Shown here one piece after another: positions 13,537 through 21,520 of a DNA stretch of 24,000 nucleotides. Origin of the DNA: Thermococcus sp. 2319x1 (GTDB lineage: Archaea; Methanobacteriota_B; Thermococci; Thermococcales; Thermococcaceae); contig NZ_CP012200.1 of NCBI RefSeq assembly GCF_001484685.1, positions 32,321 to 56,320 on the forward strand. The letters are read 5' to 3'. How positions within the stretch are numbered: position 1 is the stretch's first letter; each line of letters starts with the position of its first letter. The position numbers and the translations under genes were made by a program. Below the pieces are notes generated by a model that did no database searches, had not been told where the DNA came from, and saw only the letters and a list, made by a program, of their open reading frames with translations.

Positions 13537-14118
13537 GTGGAGTTCAATCTGATAATAGCGGGAGTTGGGGGACAGGGGGGGCTTACACTCTCAAGGATCA
13601 TTGGAAATGCCGCAATGAAAGAGGGATACAATGTTAGGATAGGAGAAACCCTTGGAATGAGTCAGCGCTACGGTAGTGTGCTTAGCTATCTCCGATTTGG
13701 GGAGGAAGTTTATTCTCCTCTTATCGAGGAAGGAGAAGCAGATTTGATGCTAGCCCTTGAGCCGGTTGAAGCTCTAAGAAATGCGAGATTCCTAAGCGAC
13801 AAAAGCTATGCTATAGTAAACGCTTATCCGATTCACACAGCCACGACATTGGTCGGAAAAGAGAGGTATCCAAGTCTTGAGGAAATAAGTGGTGTCCTTT
13901 CAAGAATATGCACCGTTGAGATGAGGAACTTTCAGAAGGAGGCGGACAAGATAAATCCCCGCACTCTGGGAGTGCTCATGCTTGGATTTGCCTATGGTAA
14001 AGGTTTGATCCCATTAAAGAAGGAGAGCCTTTTGAGTGGAATTCAAGAAACATTAAAGCCAACTCTTTGGGAAATCAACATTAAGGCTTTTGAAAGAGGG
14101 GTGGAACTTGCTAAATGA
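13537..14118 (+). CDS. iorB: Indolepyruvate:ferredoxin oxidoreductase beta-subunit-like protein (POR gamma-domain family)
   Basis: N-terminal IIAGVGGQGGLT and GETLGMSQRYGSV match the IorB pattern (GE.HGMSQRGGSV) better than the POR/VOR gamma pattern (FGVERRGAPV). GTG start with GGTGGTGA upstream. No iorA is adjacent. Confidence 0.7.
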   Translation: MEFNLIIAGVGGQGGLTLSRIIGNAAMKEGYNVRIGETLGMSQRYGSVLSYLRFGEEVYSPLIEEGEADLMLALEPVEALRNARFLSDKSYAIVNAYPIHTATTLVGKERYPSLEEISGVLSRICTVEMRNFQKEADKINPRTLGVLMLGFAYGKGLIPLKKESLLSGIQETLKPTLWEINIKAFERGVELAK

Positions 14119-14163
14119 TCCTTCTTTATCATTTTTGGCATAACCAAAAAGCACTTAAATTAT

Positions 14164-14177
14164 TTAGGTTAAACTAA
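14164..14177. promoter_or_regulatory. Candidate DtxR-family operator half-palindrome between TATA and start codon
   Basis: TTAGGTT|AAACTAA is an imperfect inverted repeat. The left half equals the TTAGGTTAG half-site of the classical DtxR/IdeR box. It lies just downstream of the TATA-like CTTAAATTATTT (about 14154-14165). Confidence 0.3.
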
Positions 14178-14191
14178 TTCAGGTGGGGTTT

Positions 14192-14647
14192 GTGGAAATA
14201 ACAAAGAGAGAGGAGGAGTACCTCGAGACTATGTACATACTCCAAAAGAACAAAGGGATAATCAGGGTAAGGGATATTTCAAAAAAACTGGGCGTTAGAC
14301 CGCCAAGTGTGGTGGATGCCTTAAAAAAGTTAAATGAAAAAGGCTTGATAGACTACGAAAAGTACGACAGGATTCTTTTAACTGAGAAGGGGCTTGAAAT
14401 AGCTAAAGAAACTTACCAAAAACACGTCCTCTTGATGAGATTTTTCACCGAAATACTTGGAATTCCTCCGGAAATAGCGGAGGAAGATGCGTGCCAGTTT
14501 GAACATTACGTTCATGAGATTACGGCTGAGAGGATGAAGGAGTTTGCCCAGTATATCCAGGAACACTGTCCCTACGTCCTCAAGCAGTTTCTTAAAGAAC
14601 ATATGGAAAAAGAAGAGGCGAAAACTCAAAAGAGTCCTCCCAAGTAG
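14192..14647 (+). CDS. Metal(iron/manganese)-dependent transcriptional repressor, DtxR/MntR family
   Basis: N-terminal winged-helix region REEEYLETMYIL...IRVRDISKKLGVRPPSVVDALKKLNEKGLI, followed by a metal-binding/dimerisation helix region. GTG 14192 is preceded by AGGTGGGG. The ORF-track start GTG 14183 is the alternative. Confidence 0.85.
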   Translation: MEITKREEEYLETMYILQKNKGIIRVRDISKKLGVRPPSVVDALKKLNEKGLIDYEKYDRILLTEKGLEIAKETYQKHVLLMRFFTEILGIPPEIAEEDACQFEHYVHEITAERMKEFAQYIQEHCPYVLKQFLKEHMEKEEAKTQKSPPK

Positions 14648-15963
14648 GCAAAGTAGCCTGTGAAGATTAATGCCAGTACGTACATCAGTGGGTGTATCTC
14701 TTTTCCTCTTCCGCTGAACAGCTTTATTATGGTATAGCTTATAAAGCCCATTCCTATTCCATCCGCTATTGAGTACGTGTAGGGAATCGTTATGAGTACC
14801 AGAAATGCGGGAATAGCTTCGCTCGCGTCATCGAAGTCAACTCCCCTTATTGCACTTAACATGTAGTAGCCAACTATAACCAGAGCCGGTGCGGTAGCAA
14901 AAGCCGGAATTGCTTGCGCAATGGGTGCTATGAACAATCCTATTGCAAGGAACAGTAAACCCGTTACTAAAGCTGTCATCCCTGTTCTTCCGCCCTCTTC
15001 AATTCCAGCGGCGCTTTCTATATATGTTGTTACGGTTGAAGTCCCAAGGAGTGCTCCAAGTGTTGTGCCTATTGCATCCGTCAGGAGAACCTTCTCTGCA
15101 TCCGGTACTTTGCCTTCTTTTGTCAGAAAGCCCGCCTTGGCACTTAATCCCGTTACTGTTCCAAGGGTGTCGAAGAAGTCGACCATGAAGAAGGCAAACA
15201 CTACACCAATTGCCCCTATGTTGAGGAGACCCTGAAGGTCAAGTTTTAGGAATGTGTAGCTTATGTCTGGGGTTGAAAAGAGATGTTCTGGCCAGGGTGC
15301 AGCTCCGCTTATCCATCCCAGAATGCTTGTGGTAAGGATTGAAATTAATAGGGCACCCTTCACTCGGAGGCTTATAAGGATTGCAGCTAGGAAAAGGCCA
15401 AATAAGAACAAAAGACCTGCTTTTGTTCCAAGTGCTGAGGCATTGAACCCGGTGAACTTAAGGACTCCGTTTTCACCGACAACAGCGGTTAGAAGACCAA
15501 CGTCATTAAGGCCTATCAATGTCAAAAAAAGCCCTATTCCAGCTCCAACGGCATATTTCTGGCTTAGTGGGATTGCATGGATTATTGCGCTCCTAACTTT
15601 GGTAACGCTGAGTATTATGAAGATTATTCCCTCAACAAAAACTGCTGCAAGTGCCACTCTCCAATCGTAGCCCATTCCAAGCACGACACTGTAAGCAAAG
15701 TAGGCATTCAGTCCCATTCCCGGAGCTAAAGCAAAGGGCTTTTTGGCATAGATGCCCATTATTATTGTGGAAATTCCTGCTGCAAGTGCCGTTACCGCTA
15801 CAAGTGAGTTAAAGGCTTCTTTTCCCATCGCATCGCTTAATATTGCAGGGTTTACGAATAGAATATATGCCATTGTCATGAAAGTTGTTATCCCCGCGAG
15901 TACCTCCGTTCTCATGTCCGTTTTGTATTTCTCAAACTCGAAATATTTCTCAAGAGCCTTCAT
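14626..15963 (-). CDS. NCS2-family nucleobase permease (AzgA-like adenine/guanine/hypoxanthine permease)
   Basis: About 445-aa, 12-14-TM protein whose N-terminus MKALEKYFEFEKYKTDMRTEVLAGITTFMTMAYILFVNP is typical of AzgA-type permeases. ATG 15963 is preceded by GGGGTGAG. The 63 extra N-terminal codons in the ORF track run through the promoter. Confidence 0.85.
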   Translation of the reverse strand: MKALEKYFEFEKYKTDMRTEVLAGITTFMTMAYILFVNPAILSDAMGKEAFNSLVAVTALAAGISTIIMGIYAKKPFALAPGMGLNAYFAYSVVLGMGYDWRVALAAVFVEGIIFIILSVTKVRSAIIHAIPLSQKYAVGAGIGLFLTLIGLNDVGLLTAVVGENGVLKFTGFNASALGTKAGLLFLFGLFLAAILISLRVKGALLISILTTSILGWISGAAPWPEHLFSTPDISYTFLKLDLQGLLNIGAIGVVFAFFMVDFFDTLGTVTGLSAKAGFLTKEGKVPDAEKVLLTDAIGTTLGALLGTSTVTTYIESAAGIEEGGRTGMTALVTGLLFLAIGLFIAPIAQAIPAFATAPALVIVGYYMLSAIRGVDFDDASEAIPAFLVLITIPYTYSIADGIGMGFISYTIIKLFSGRGKEIHPLMYVLALIFTGYFAYLGGLF

Positions 15964-16006
15964 ATCTCTCACCCCTAATTGATACGAAAGTGATAAAACA
16001 ACCAGT

Positions 16007-16018
16007 ATATTTAAATAT
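16007..16018. promoter_or_regulatory. Perfectly palindromic TATA element (ATATTTAAATAT) in a divergent intergenic region; possible bidirectional promoter
   Basis: This 12-bp perfect palindrome lies 44 nt from the permease ATG and 63-78 nt from the malic enzyme start candidates. Confidence 0.4.
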
Positions 16019-16080
16019 TTTGAACACAAAAATGTTGAACAAAAACATGGAAAGGATTTAATTGAAAGAGGTTCCATAAG

Positions 16081-17400
16081 ATGGGGGATGGATTCATGAG
16101 GATTAGGGAAGAACAAAGAAAAAAGCTTGAAAGGGATGCCCTCGATTACCATCGAAACAACTTTCCCGGAAATGGAAAAATAGAGGTTATTCCAAAGGTT
16201 AAGGTTGAGGACTTCTATGACCTAAGCCTGGCATACACCCCGGGTGTTGCTGAGCCCTGTAAGGCTATAGCAAATGGTGAAAGCTATGAAAACTACACCT
16301 CCATACCAAACACCGTGGCTGTGGTTACAGACGGTTCTGCGGTGCTTGGTTTGGGGAACATTGGGGTTTTAGCGGGAATGCCGGTAATGGAAGGTAAATG
16401 CATTCTCTTCAAAGCCCTGGCTGGTGTGGATGCGTTCCCTATACTGGTGGACAGTAATGATGTGGATGAGATTGTGAATACAATTAAGCTGATTTCGAAG
16501 GGCTTTGGGGGCATAAACTTAGAGGACATCTCCGCTCCGAGGTGCTTTGAAATCGAAGAGAGGCTCAAGAAAGAGCTCGACATCCCGGTTTTTCACGATG
16601 ACCAGCACGGCACGGCCGTCGTCACTCTCGCAGGCTTAATGAATGCACTCAAACTTGTTGGAAAGAACTTTGAGGATATAAAAGTCGCCATAAGCGGCGC
16701 TGGTGCTGCGGGGATTGCTATAGCAAAGCTTCTCCATTATGTGGGGGTTAGGGAAATAGTGATGGTCGACAGAAAGGGAGTAATCCACGAGGGAAGGGAT
16801 GATTTAAATCCCTACAAGAGGGAAGTCGCAAAGTTTAACATCCACAATGTGGAGGGAAACCTTTCAAATGCTCTTGAAGGCGCTGATGTTTTTATAGGTG
16901 TAAGCGTTGGAAACATCGTCAGCGAAGAGATGGTTAGGAGGATGTCAGATGATGCAATAGTTTTTGCAATGGCGAATCCAATCCCTGAGATTATGCCTGA
17001 AAAGGCCAAAAAAGCCGGGGCAAGAATAGTCGCAACAGGGAGGAGTGATTATCAAAATCAAATCAACAACGTCTTGGGCTTCCCGGGGATTTTTAGAGGG
17101 GCTTTGGATGTTAGAGCGAGGGAAATTACTTTGAACATGAACATAGCTGCAGCTGAGGCTATAGCGAGCTGTGTAAGTGAGGAAGAACTGTCAGAAGATT
17201 ACATAATCCCCACTCCGCTCCATCCTGAAGTGTATCCAAAGGAAGCAAGGGCAGTTGCGGAGCAGGCCATAAAAGATGGGGTTGCAAGGAGAAAAGTTAG
17301 TGGAGAATGGGTGGAGGAGCATACGAGGAAGCTGAGGGAATTTTACCAGCGTTACATTGCTCCAATAAACAGAGAGAGAAAAAAGCTAAACTTCCTTTAA
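16081..17400 (+). CDS. NAD(P)-dependent malic enzyme (oxaloacetate-decarboxylating malate dehydrogenase)
   Basis: Prokaryotic short malic enzyme signatures: DLSLAYTPGVAEPC, FGGINLEDI, VFHDDQHGTA, and the Rossmann motif ISGAGAAGIAIAKLL. The alternative start is ATG 16096. Confidence 0.9.
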   Translation: MGDGFMRIREEQRKKLERDALDYHRNNFPGNGKIEVIPKVKVEDFYDLSLAYTPGVAEPCKAIANGESYENYTSIPNTVAVVTDGSAVLGLGNIGVLAGMPVMEGKCILFKALAGVDAFPILVDSNDVDEIVNTIKLISKGFGGINLEDISAPRCFEIEERLKKELDIPVFHDDQHGTAVVTLAGLMNALKLVGKNFEDIKVAISGAGAAGIAIAKLLHYVGVREIVMVDRKGVIHEGRDDLNPYKREVAKFNIHNVEGNLSNALEGADVFIGVSVGNIVSEEMVRRMSDDAIVFAMANPIPEIMPEKAKKAGARIVATGRSDYQNQINNVLGFPGIFRGALDVRAREITLNMNIAAAEAIASCVSEEELSEDYIIPTPLHPEVYPKEARAVAEQAIKDGVARRKVSGEWVEEHTRKLREFYQRYIAPINRERKKLNFL

Positions 17401-18180
17401 TATCTCCTCTGGTGCGTTAGCAAAAGCCACCAAATATTCAGCTTCCACTATGTGCAGCCTTCCGGGGACTATTAAAACGTGAGGCTGCTTTCCAAAGTCT
17501 TCTTTTATCATGTATCTCACATAGCCGGCTTTGAGCGTTGGGTTCAGAGAACCCGCTCTTGCAAGAACCACCACCAAGGTATCTTCGGTAAAGACTCCAT
17601 CCTTTTTCTTCTCCTCCACTTGAAGGAGAATCTCCATAGCCTCGTTGGCGGTCATGTACTTCCCTTCTGCTGCTTTAATGTCAAGGAAGAGAAGCGTATG
17701 AAGACCACGTTCTTTGTTTTCTTTGATTGTGTCATAGTGGCTGGTTGGGAACCAGTTCTTTTCCGGGTAGGCAACGGTGGCGCTTTTCCCAAATTTGTAG
17801 ATTTGAAGTCCGGTTATGGCAACGGCAGAGTAAATGGATGGAGCATGGATAACGTAGCTCTCCACTCCCATCTGCTTTGCCCTTATCCTTAAGTCCGCAT
17901 GAGTTGTCGCTACCATTGGATCTCCCGCCGTGAGAAAGGCAACATCTTTGGTTTTCGCCTCACTGAGGACTATCTTCTCGAAGTTCAGCTCAACGTCTTC
18001 TCTGTTTAATAGTCTTATCGGTTTTCCTATCTGTCCCTCTATCTTTTTTATGTCTGTTCCAGCTAAGAGAGAGGTGTAAAATTCTGCAAACACCAAGTCG
18101 CACTTTCTCGCTATTTCCAGGCCCTTAAGGGTAATGTCCTTTTCATCGTAAAGTCCAAGTCCTATGAAATAGATAGCCAT
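17386..18180 (-). CDS. dphB: Diphthine synthase (diphthamide biosynthesis methyltransferase)
   Basis: N-terminus MAIYFIGLGLYDEKDITLKGLE, tetrapyrrole-methylase fold, and FLTAGDPMVATTH. About 264 aa from ATG 18180. Confidence 0.9.
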   Translation of the reverse strand: MAIYFIGLGLYDEKDITLKGLEIARKCDLVFAEFYTSLLAGTDIKKIEGQIGKPIRLLNREDVELNFEKIVLSEAKTKDVAFLTAGDPMVATTHADLRIRAKQMGVESYVIHAPSIYSAVAITGLQIYKFGKSATVAYPEKNWFPTSHYDTIKENKERGLHTLLFLDIKAAEGKYMTANEAMEILLQVEEKKKDGVFTEDTLVVVLARAGSLNPTLKAGYVRYMIKEDFGKQPHVLIVPGRLHIVEAEYLVAFANAPEEILKEV

Positions 18181-18298
18181 TTTCCTCACCTCTTTTTGCT
18201 AAGGAACGTAAGGCTAAAAATCTATTCCAAAAACTTTAAAATAGCTTTTCATGAACTTTTTCCGACGGTTTTGATGAAGGTTAGTGGAGGGAGCGGAG

Positions 18299-19351
18299 AT
18301 GAAAGCGATTGTTGAGAGAGTTAGAGAGAAAACATCAATACCCGTTTATGAGAGAACCATTGAAAACGTGCTAAGTGCAATTCTTGCGAGCGGCGATCCG
18401 TGGAGGATAGTAGACCTTAGCGAAGAACCACTTCCCCTCGTGGTTGCAGTGGTTGAAGCGCTTCACGATTTGGGCTACGTGGAGTTCAAAAATGGGATAA
18501 TTCTCACCCAGAAGGGGAAGGAGCTTGTGGAGAAGTATGGAATCGGAAGGAGAGAAGACTACACATGCAGGCACTGCCAAGGAAAGACGGTTGAACTTGA
18601 CGCCTTTAGAGACCTCCTTGAGGAGTTTAAAGAAATAGTGAAAAACAGACCCGAGCCAAAGCACGAGTTTGATCAGGCATATGTAACGCCAGAAACAACA
18701 GTTGCAAGGGTAGCTTTGATGCATACGAGGGGAGACCTTGAAAACAAGGAGGTCTTTGTCCTTGGGGATGACGATTTAACGAGCATTGCCTTAATGCTTT
18801 CCGGTCTTCCAAAGAGAATTGCGGTTCTTGATATTGACGAGAGGCTCACAAAGTTTATTGAAAAAACTGCGGAGGAAGTGGGCTACAGTAACGTGGAGAT
18901 ATTTACCTTCGACCTCAGAAAGCCTTTGCCTGATTATGCCCTTAGGAAGTTCGATACTTTCATTACCGACCCACCAGAGACGGTCGATGCTGTTAGGGCT
19001 TTTATTGGGAGGGGAATTGCAACACTTAAAGGTCCAGGATGTGCGGGTTACTTTGGGATTACAAGAAGAGAGAGCTCAATCGACAAGTGGCACCAGTTAG
19101 AAAAGCTCCTCATAACGGAGTTCAACGTAGTTATAACGGACATAATAAGGAACTTTAACGAGTACGTCAACTGGGGATACGTGGAAGAAACAAGGGCGTG
19201 GAGGCTTTTACCGATAAAGACCATGCCTACATACAACTGGTACAAGAGCTATATGTTTAGGATTCAAACCATCGAGGGATCCAGAGGTTATGAAGGGGAA
19301 ATCACAGTTGGTCAAGAACTATACGACGACGAGGAAAGCTCAACAACTTGA
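18299..19351 (+). CDS. bpsA: N4-bis(aminopropyl)spermidine synthase (branched-chain polyamine synthase, DUF43 family)
   Basis: Very close to T. kodakarensis BpsA as I recall it: ...IPVYERTIENVLSAI..., FVLGDDDLTS, FITDPPET, and C-terminal ELYDDEESSTT. ATG 18299 is preceded by GGAGGGAGCGGAG. Confidence 0.88.
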   Translation: MKAIVERVREKTSIPVYERTIENVLSAILASGDPWRIVDLSEEPLPLVVAVVEALHDLGYVEFKNGIILTQKGKELVEKYGIGRREDYTCRHCQGKTVELDAFRDLLEEFKEIVKNRPEPKHEFDQAYVTPETTVARVALMHTRGDLENKEVFVLGDDDLTSIALMLSGLPKRIAVLDIDERLTKFIEKTAEEVGYSNVEIFTFDLRKPLPDYALRKFDTFITDPPETVDAVRAFIGRGIATLKGPGCAGYFGITRRESSIDKWHQLEKLLITEFNVVITDIIRNFNEYVNWGYVEETRAWRLLPIKTMPTYNWYKSYMFRIQTIEGSRGYEGEITVGQELYDDEESSTT

Positions 19352-19371
19352 TTCTTTTTCTACATTTTTGT
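19352..19371 (+). terminator. Oligo-T tracts after bpsA
   Basis: TTCTTTTTCTACATTTTTG directly follows the TGA stop at 19349-19351. Confidence 0.4.
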
Positions 19372-19420
19372 TCCATAAGGTTTAAATTTGTTGTTTAGAA
19401 ACTTTTTTCAGGTGAGGAAA

Positions 19421-19738
19421 ATGGGCGAAAACACTGAGATCACAAAGGAAATGATTCTTGAAAAGCTTAAAGAAGTGATTGACCCCGAAATTGGAATAGA
19501 TGTTGTTAATCTGGGACTTATATATGAGCTTAAGATAAACCCTGACAACACCGTTTATGTCAAGATGACCATGACAACTCCCGGATGTCCCCTTACCATG
19601 TGGCTCCTTCAGGCTGTGGAGCAAAAAATTCTCGAAATTCCTGGAGTTAAGGATGCAGAAATAGAGCTCACATTTGACCCACCTTGGACTCCGGATAGAA
19701 TAAGTGAAGAGGTCAAGAAAAGGCTGGGAATTATTTGA
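19421..19738 (+). CDS. DUF59 / MIP18-family Fe-S cluster assembly protein (SufT/PaaD-like)
   Basis: VIDPEIGIDVVNLGLIY and TMTTPGCP motifs. ATG 19421 is preceded by GGTGAGG. 105 aa. Confidence 0.85.
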   Translation: MGENTEITKEMILEKLKEVIDPEIGIDVVNLGLIYELKINPDNTVYVKMTMTTPGCPLTMWLLQAVEQKILEIPGVKDAEIELTFDPPWTPDRISEEVKKRLGII

Positions 19739-19785
19739 GCAACTTGCCGAAGCCTGCCTGCAAGCTGTATAAGCATTGAGAAAAT

Positions 19786-19835
19786 TTGACGTTTTTGTCA
19801 ATTCTCTTTTGTTTTGCTTTCTGTTTTCTTCTTTG
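19786..19835 (+). terminator. Small hairpin plus long T-rich tract downstream of the DUF59 gene
   Basis: TTGAC-GTTTTT-GTCAA hairpin (19786-19801) followed by TTCTCTTTTGTTTTGCTTTCTGTTTTCTTCTTTG. Confidence 0.35.
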
Positions 19836-19885
19836 ATCTCAAGCATTGCCTCTTTCTTTACTACTGTACGGTGTAACCTTTGGTT

Positions 19886-19903
19886 TGAAAAAGATTTTTA
19901 AAC
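19886..19903 (+). promoter_or_regulatory. Ferredoxin promoter (BRE-like GAAAAAG + TATA ATTTTTAAA)
   Basis: The element is centred about 48 nt upstream of ATG 19947. GGAGGTG lies at 19934-19940. Confidence 0.5.
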
Positions 19904-19925
19904 TTAGCTTTCCCTTTATTTTTGA

Positions 19926-20126
<201 letters not shown>

Positions 20127-20128
20127 AC

Positions 20129-20145
20129 TTCTTTCCTTTTTTATT
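20129..20145 (+). terminator. Oligo-T terminator after ferredoxin
   Basis: TTCTTTCCTTTTTTATT begins 3 nt after the TGA stop. Confidence 0.45.
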
Positions 20146-20207
20146 GACTTCTCCTTCTTTAAAATTTTAGCGTTTTGGATGTTGATGGTTTTTGAGAACC
20201 TTAACGG

Positions 20208-20264
20208 TCAGGGCCCCCACCAAGCATCACAGCTGAGCTCAGGGATTAGCGGGCTCCTCATCAT
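20208..20264 (-). ncRNA. Candidate C/D box sRNA (2'-O-methylation guide RNA)
   Basis: Minus strand reads AUGAUGA-ggagcccgcuaaucc-CUGA-gcucagcu-GUGAUGC-uuggugggggcc-CUGA. It has a perfect C box, D' and D boxes, a near-consensus C' box and a 12-nt C'-D spacer. It is a GC-rich island in an AT-rich spacer, with a 57-nt core. Confidence 0.55.
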
Positions 20265-20293
20265 CCCGAAAAGATGGGGATAATAGGAAAGGA

Positions 20294-21466
20294 CTATTCA
20301 AGTGTTAAGCCAAACTTCTTTGCCTGCTCAAGGACGTATTCTCTGATCTCCCTCGCCTTTGGCAGTTCTGCCACTATTTCACCGTTTTCAATGAGCGGCT
20401 TTAGAAGGGGTTCAACTTTCGCTCCACAGACTGGGCACTTTTCAAGCTTTTTCTCCGCTGGAACTCTGTGGTAATGACCGTTCTCACATCTGTATACCTG
20501 TTTCCTACCGCTCAGCTTTCCCCTTTTAGTTATGGGCTTCCCTTCGACCTCAACGATATCGAGCGAGAAGTCTATTGGTTTTGCACTTGCTATGCTTCCC
20601 CCGACACCAAAGGCATCAGCTATGTCAGCAAGCTCTTTAATACTTTCCTCATCCAGCCCTCCGCTTAAAAATATCTTAACGTGCTCGTAACCCCTTAAGT
20701 CCAGCTCCCACCTTACCTCCTCCACTATGCGCTTAAAGTTCCCCCTTCTTGAACTTGGTGTATCGAGTCTCACTGCAGCTAGCTTTTCTCCCAAAGCTTC
20801 AGCCGCCATTAAGGCTTCGCTCTTTTCATCGCAGAAGGTATCAACGAGAGCTACTCTTGGAACTTCTTCTGGCATGATCTCATCGAAGTATTTCCATGCC
20901 TTTACTTGGTCACCAACCGTTAGGACTAATGCATGAGGCATTGTTCCTACAGGCTTTTCTCCGATCATCTCCGCTCCTAAAACACCGCTAACTCCATCGC
21001 AACCACCTATGAAGGCACTTCTATCGATCATCGGCGCTATTGCGGGGTGCATGTGCCTTATACCAAAGGAATAAACTGGTTTGAATTTTGCAGCCATTTT
21101 GATTCTAAGGGCCGCTGTTGCTATTCCACTTGCTTGGCTCAGCATCCCGAGGAGTGCGGTTTCAAAGATGCCAAATTTCTCATAGTAGCCTTCAATCTGC
21201 ATTACCGGCTCGTATGGATGGAATATTGTCCCTTCCGGCATGGAATAAACGTTTACTGGATGTCCTTCCAAGAGCTTTGCAACTTCCTCCACTCCAGCTA
21301 GGACTCCCCATTTCCAGCCTTTTGGAAGAGACGTTGTTGATATATCAGCAAAAACTTTTTTGTGAATGCCTTTTTCTTCCAGTATCTTCTTAGTTCTGAT
21401 AAAGTAAACATCTGTGGTTTTTCCTGCTTTTATCTCATCTTCATGTGCTATGTAAAAATCTTTCAT
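20294..21466 (-). CDS. pncB: Nicotinate phosphoribosyltransferase (archaeal NAPRTase family with C-terminal zinc-knuckle domain)
   Basis: 390 aa from ATG 21466, preceded by GGAGGTG. N-terminus MKDFYIAHEDEIKAGKTTDVYF is typical of archaeal NAPRTase/QPRTase-fold proteins. CENGH...CPVCG resembles the zinc-knuckle domain described for the Thermoplasma NAPRTase structure. Confidence 0.8.
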   Translation of the reverse strand: MKDFYIAHEDEIKAGKTTDVYFIRTKKILEEKGIHKKVFADISTTSLPKGWKWGVLAGVEEVAKLLEGHPVNVYSMPEGTIFHPYEPVMQIEGYYEKFGIFETALLGMLSQASGIATAALRIKMAAKFKPVYSFGIRHMHPAIAPMIDRSAFIGGCDGVSGVLGAEMIGEKPVGTMPHALVLTVGDQVKAWKYFDEIMPEEVPRVALVDTFCDEKSEALMAAEALGEKLAAVRLDTPSSRRGNFKRIVEEVRWELDLRGYEHVKIFLSGGLDEESIKELADIADAFGVGGSIASAKPIDFSLDIVEVEGKPITKRGKLSGRKQVYRCENGHYHRVPAEKKLEKCPVCGAKVEPLLKPLIENGEIVAELPKAREIREYVLEQAKKFGLTLE

Positions 21467-21520
21467 TTTCTTCACCTCCAATACCTTTATTCTCATAAAT
21501 TTTAGCTTTTTGGTGGGGCT

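Noticed and set aside
15964-16152. 63-codon N-terminal extension of the permease ORF, overlapping the malic enzyme start. The same kind of extension occurs at 11083-11187 for LysRS.
   Set aside because: The extensions run through AT-rich promoter sequence including TATA elements. The homologue-like N-termini begin at internal ATGs with good Shine-Dalgarno motifs.
19382-19846. 154-aa ORF antisense to the whole DUF59 gene
   Set aside because: The plus-strand gene has clear family motifs and a Shine-Dalgarno. The antisense translation is low-complexity and has no start context.
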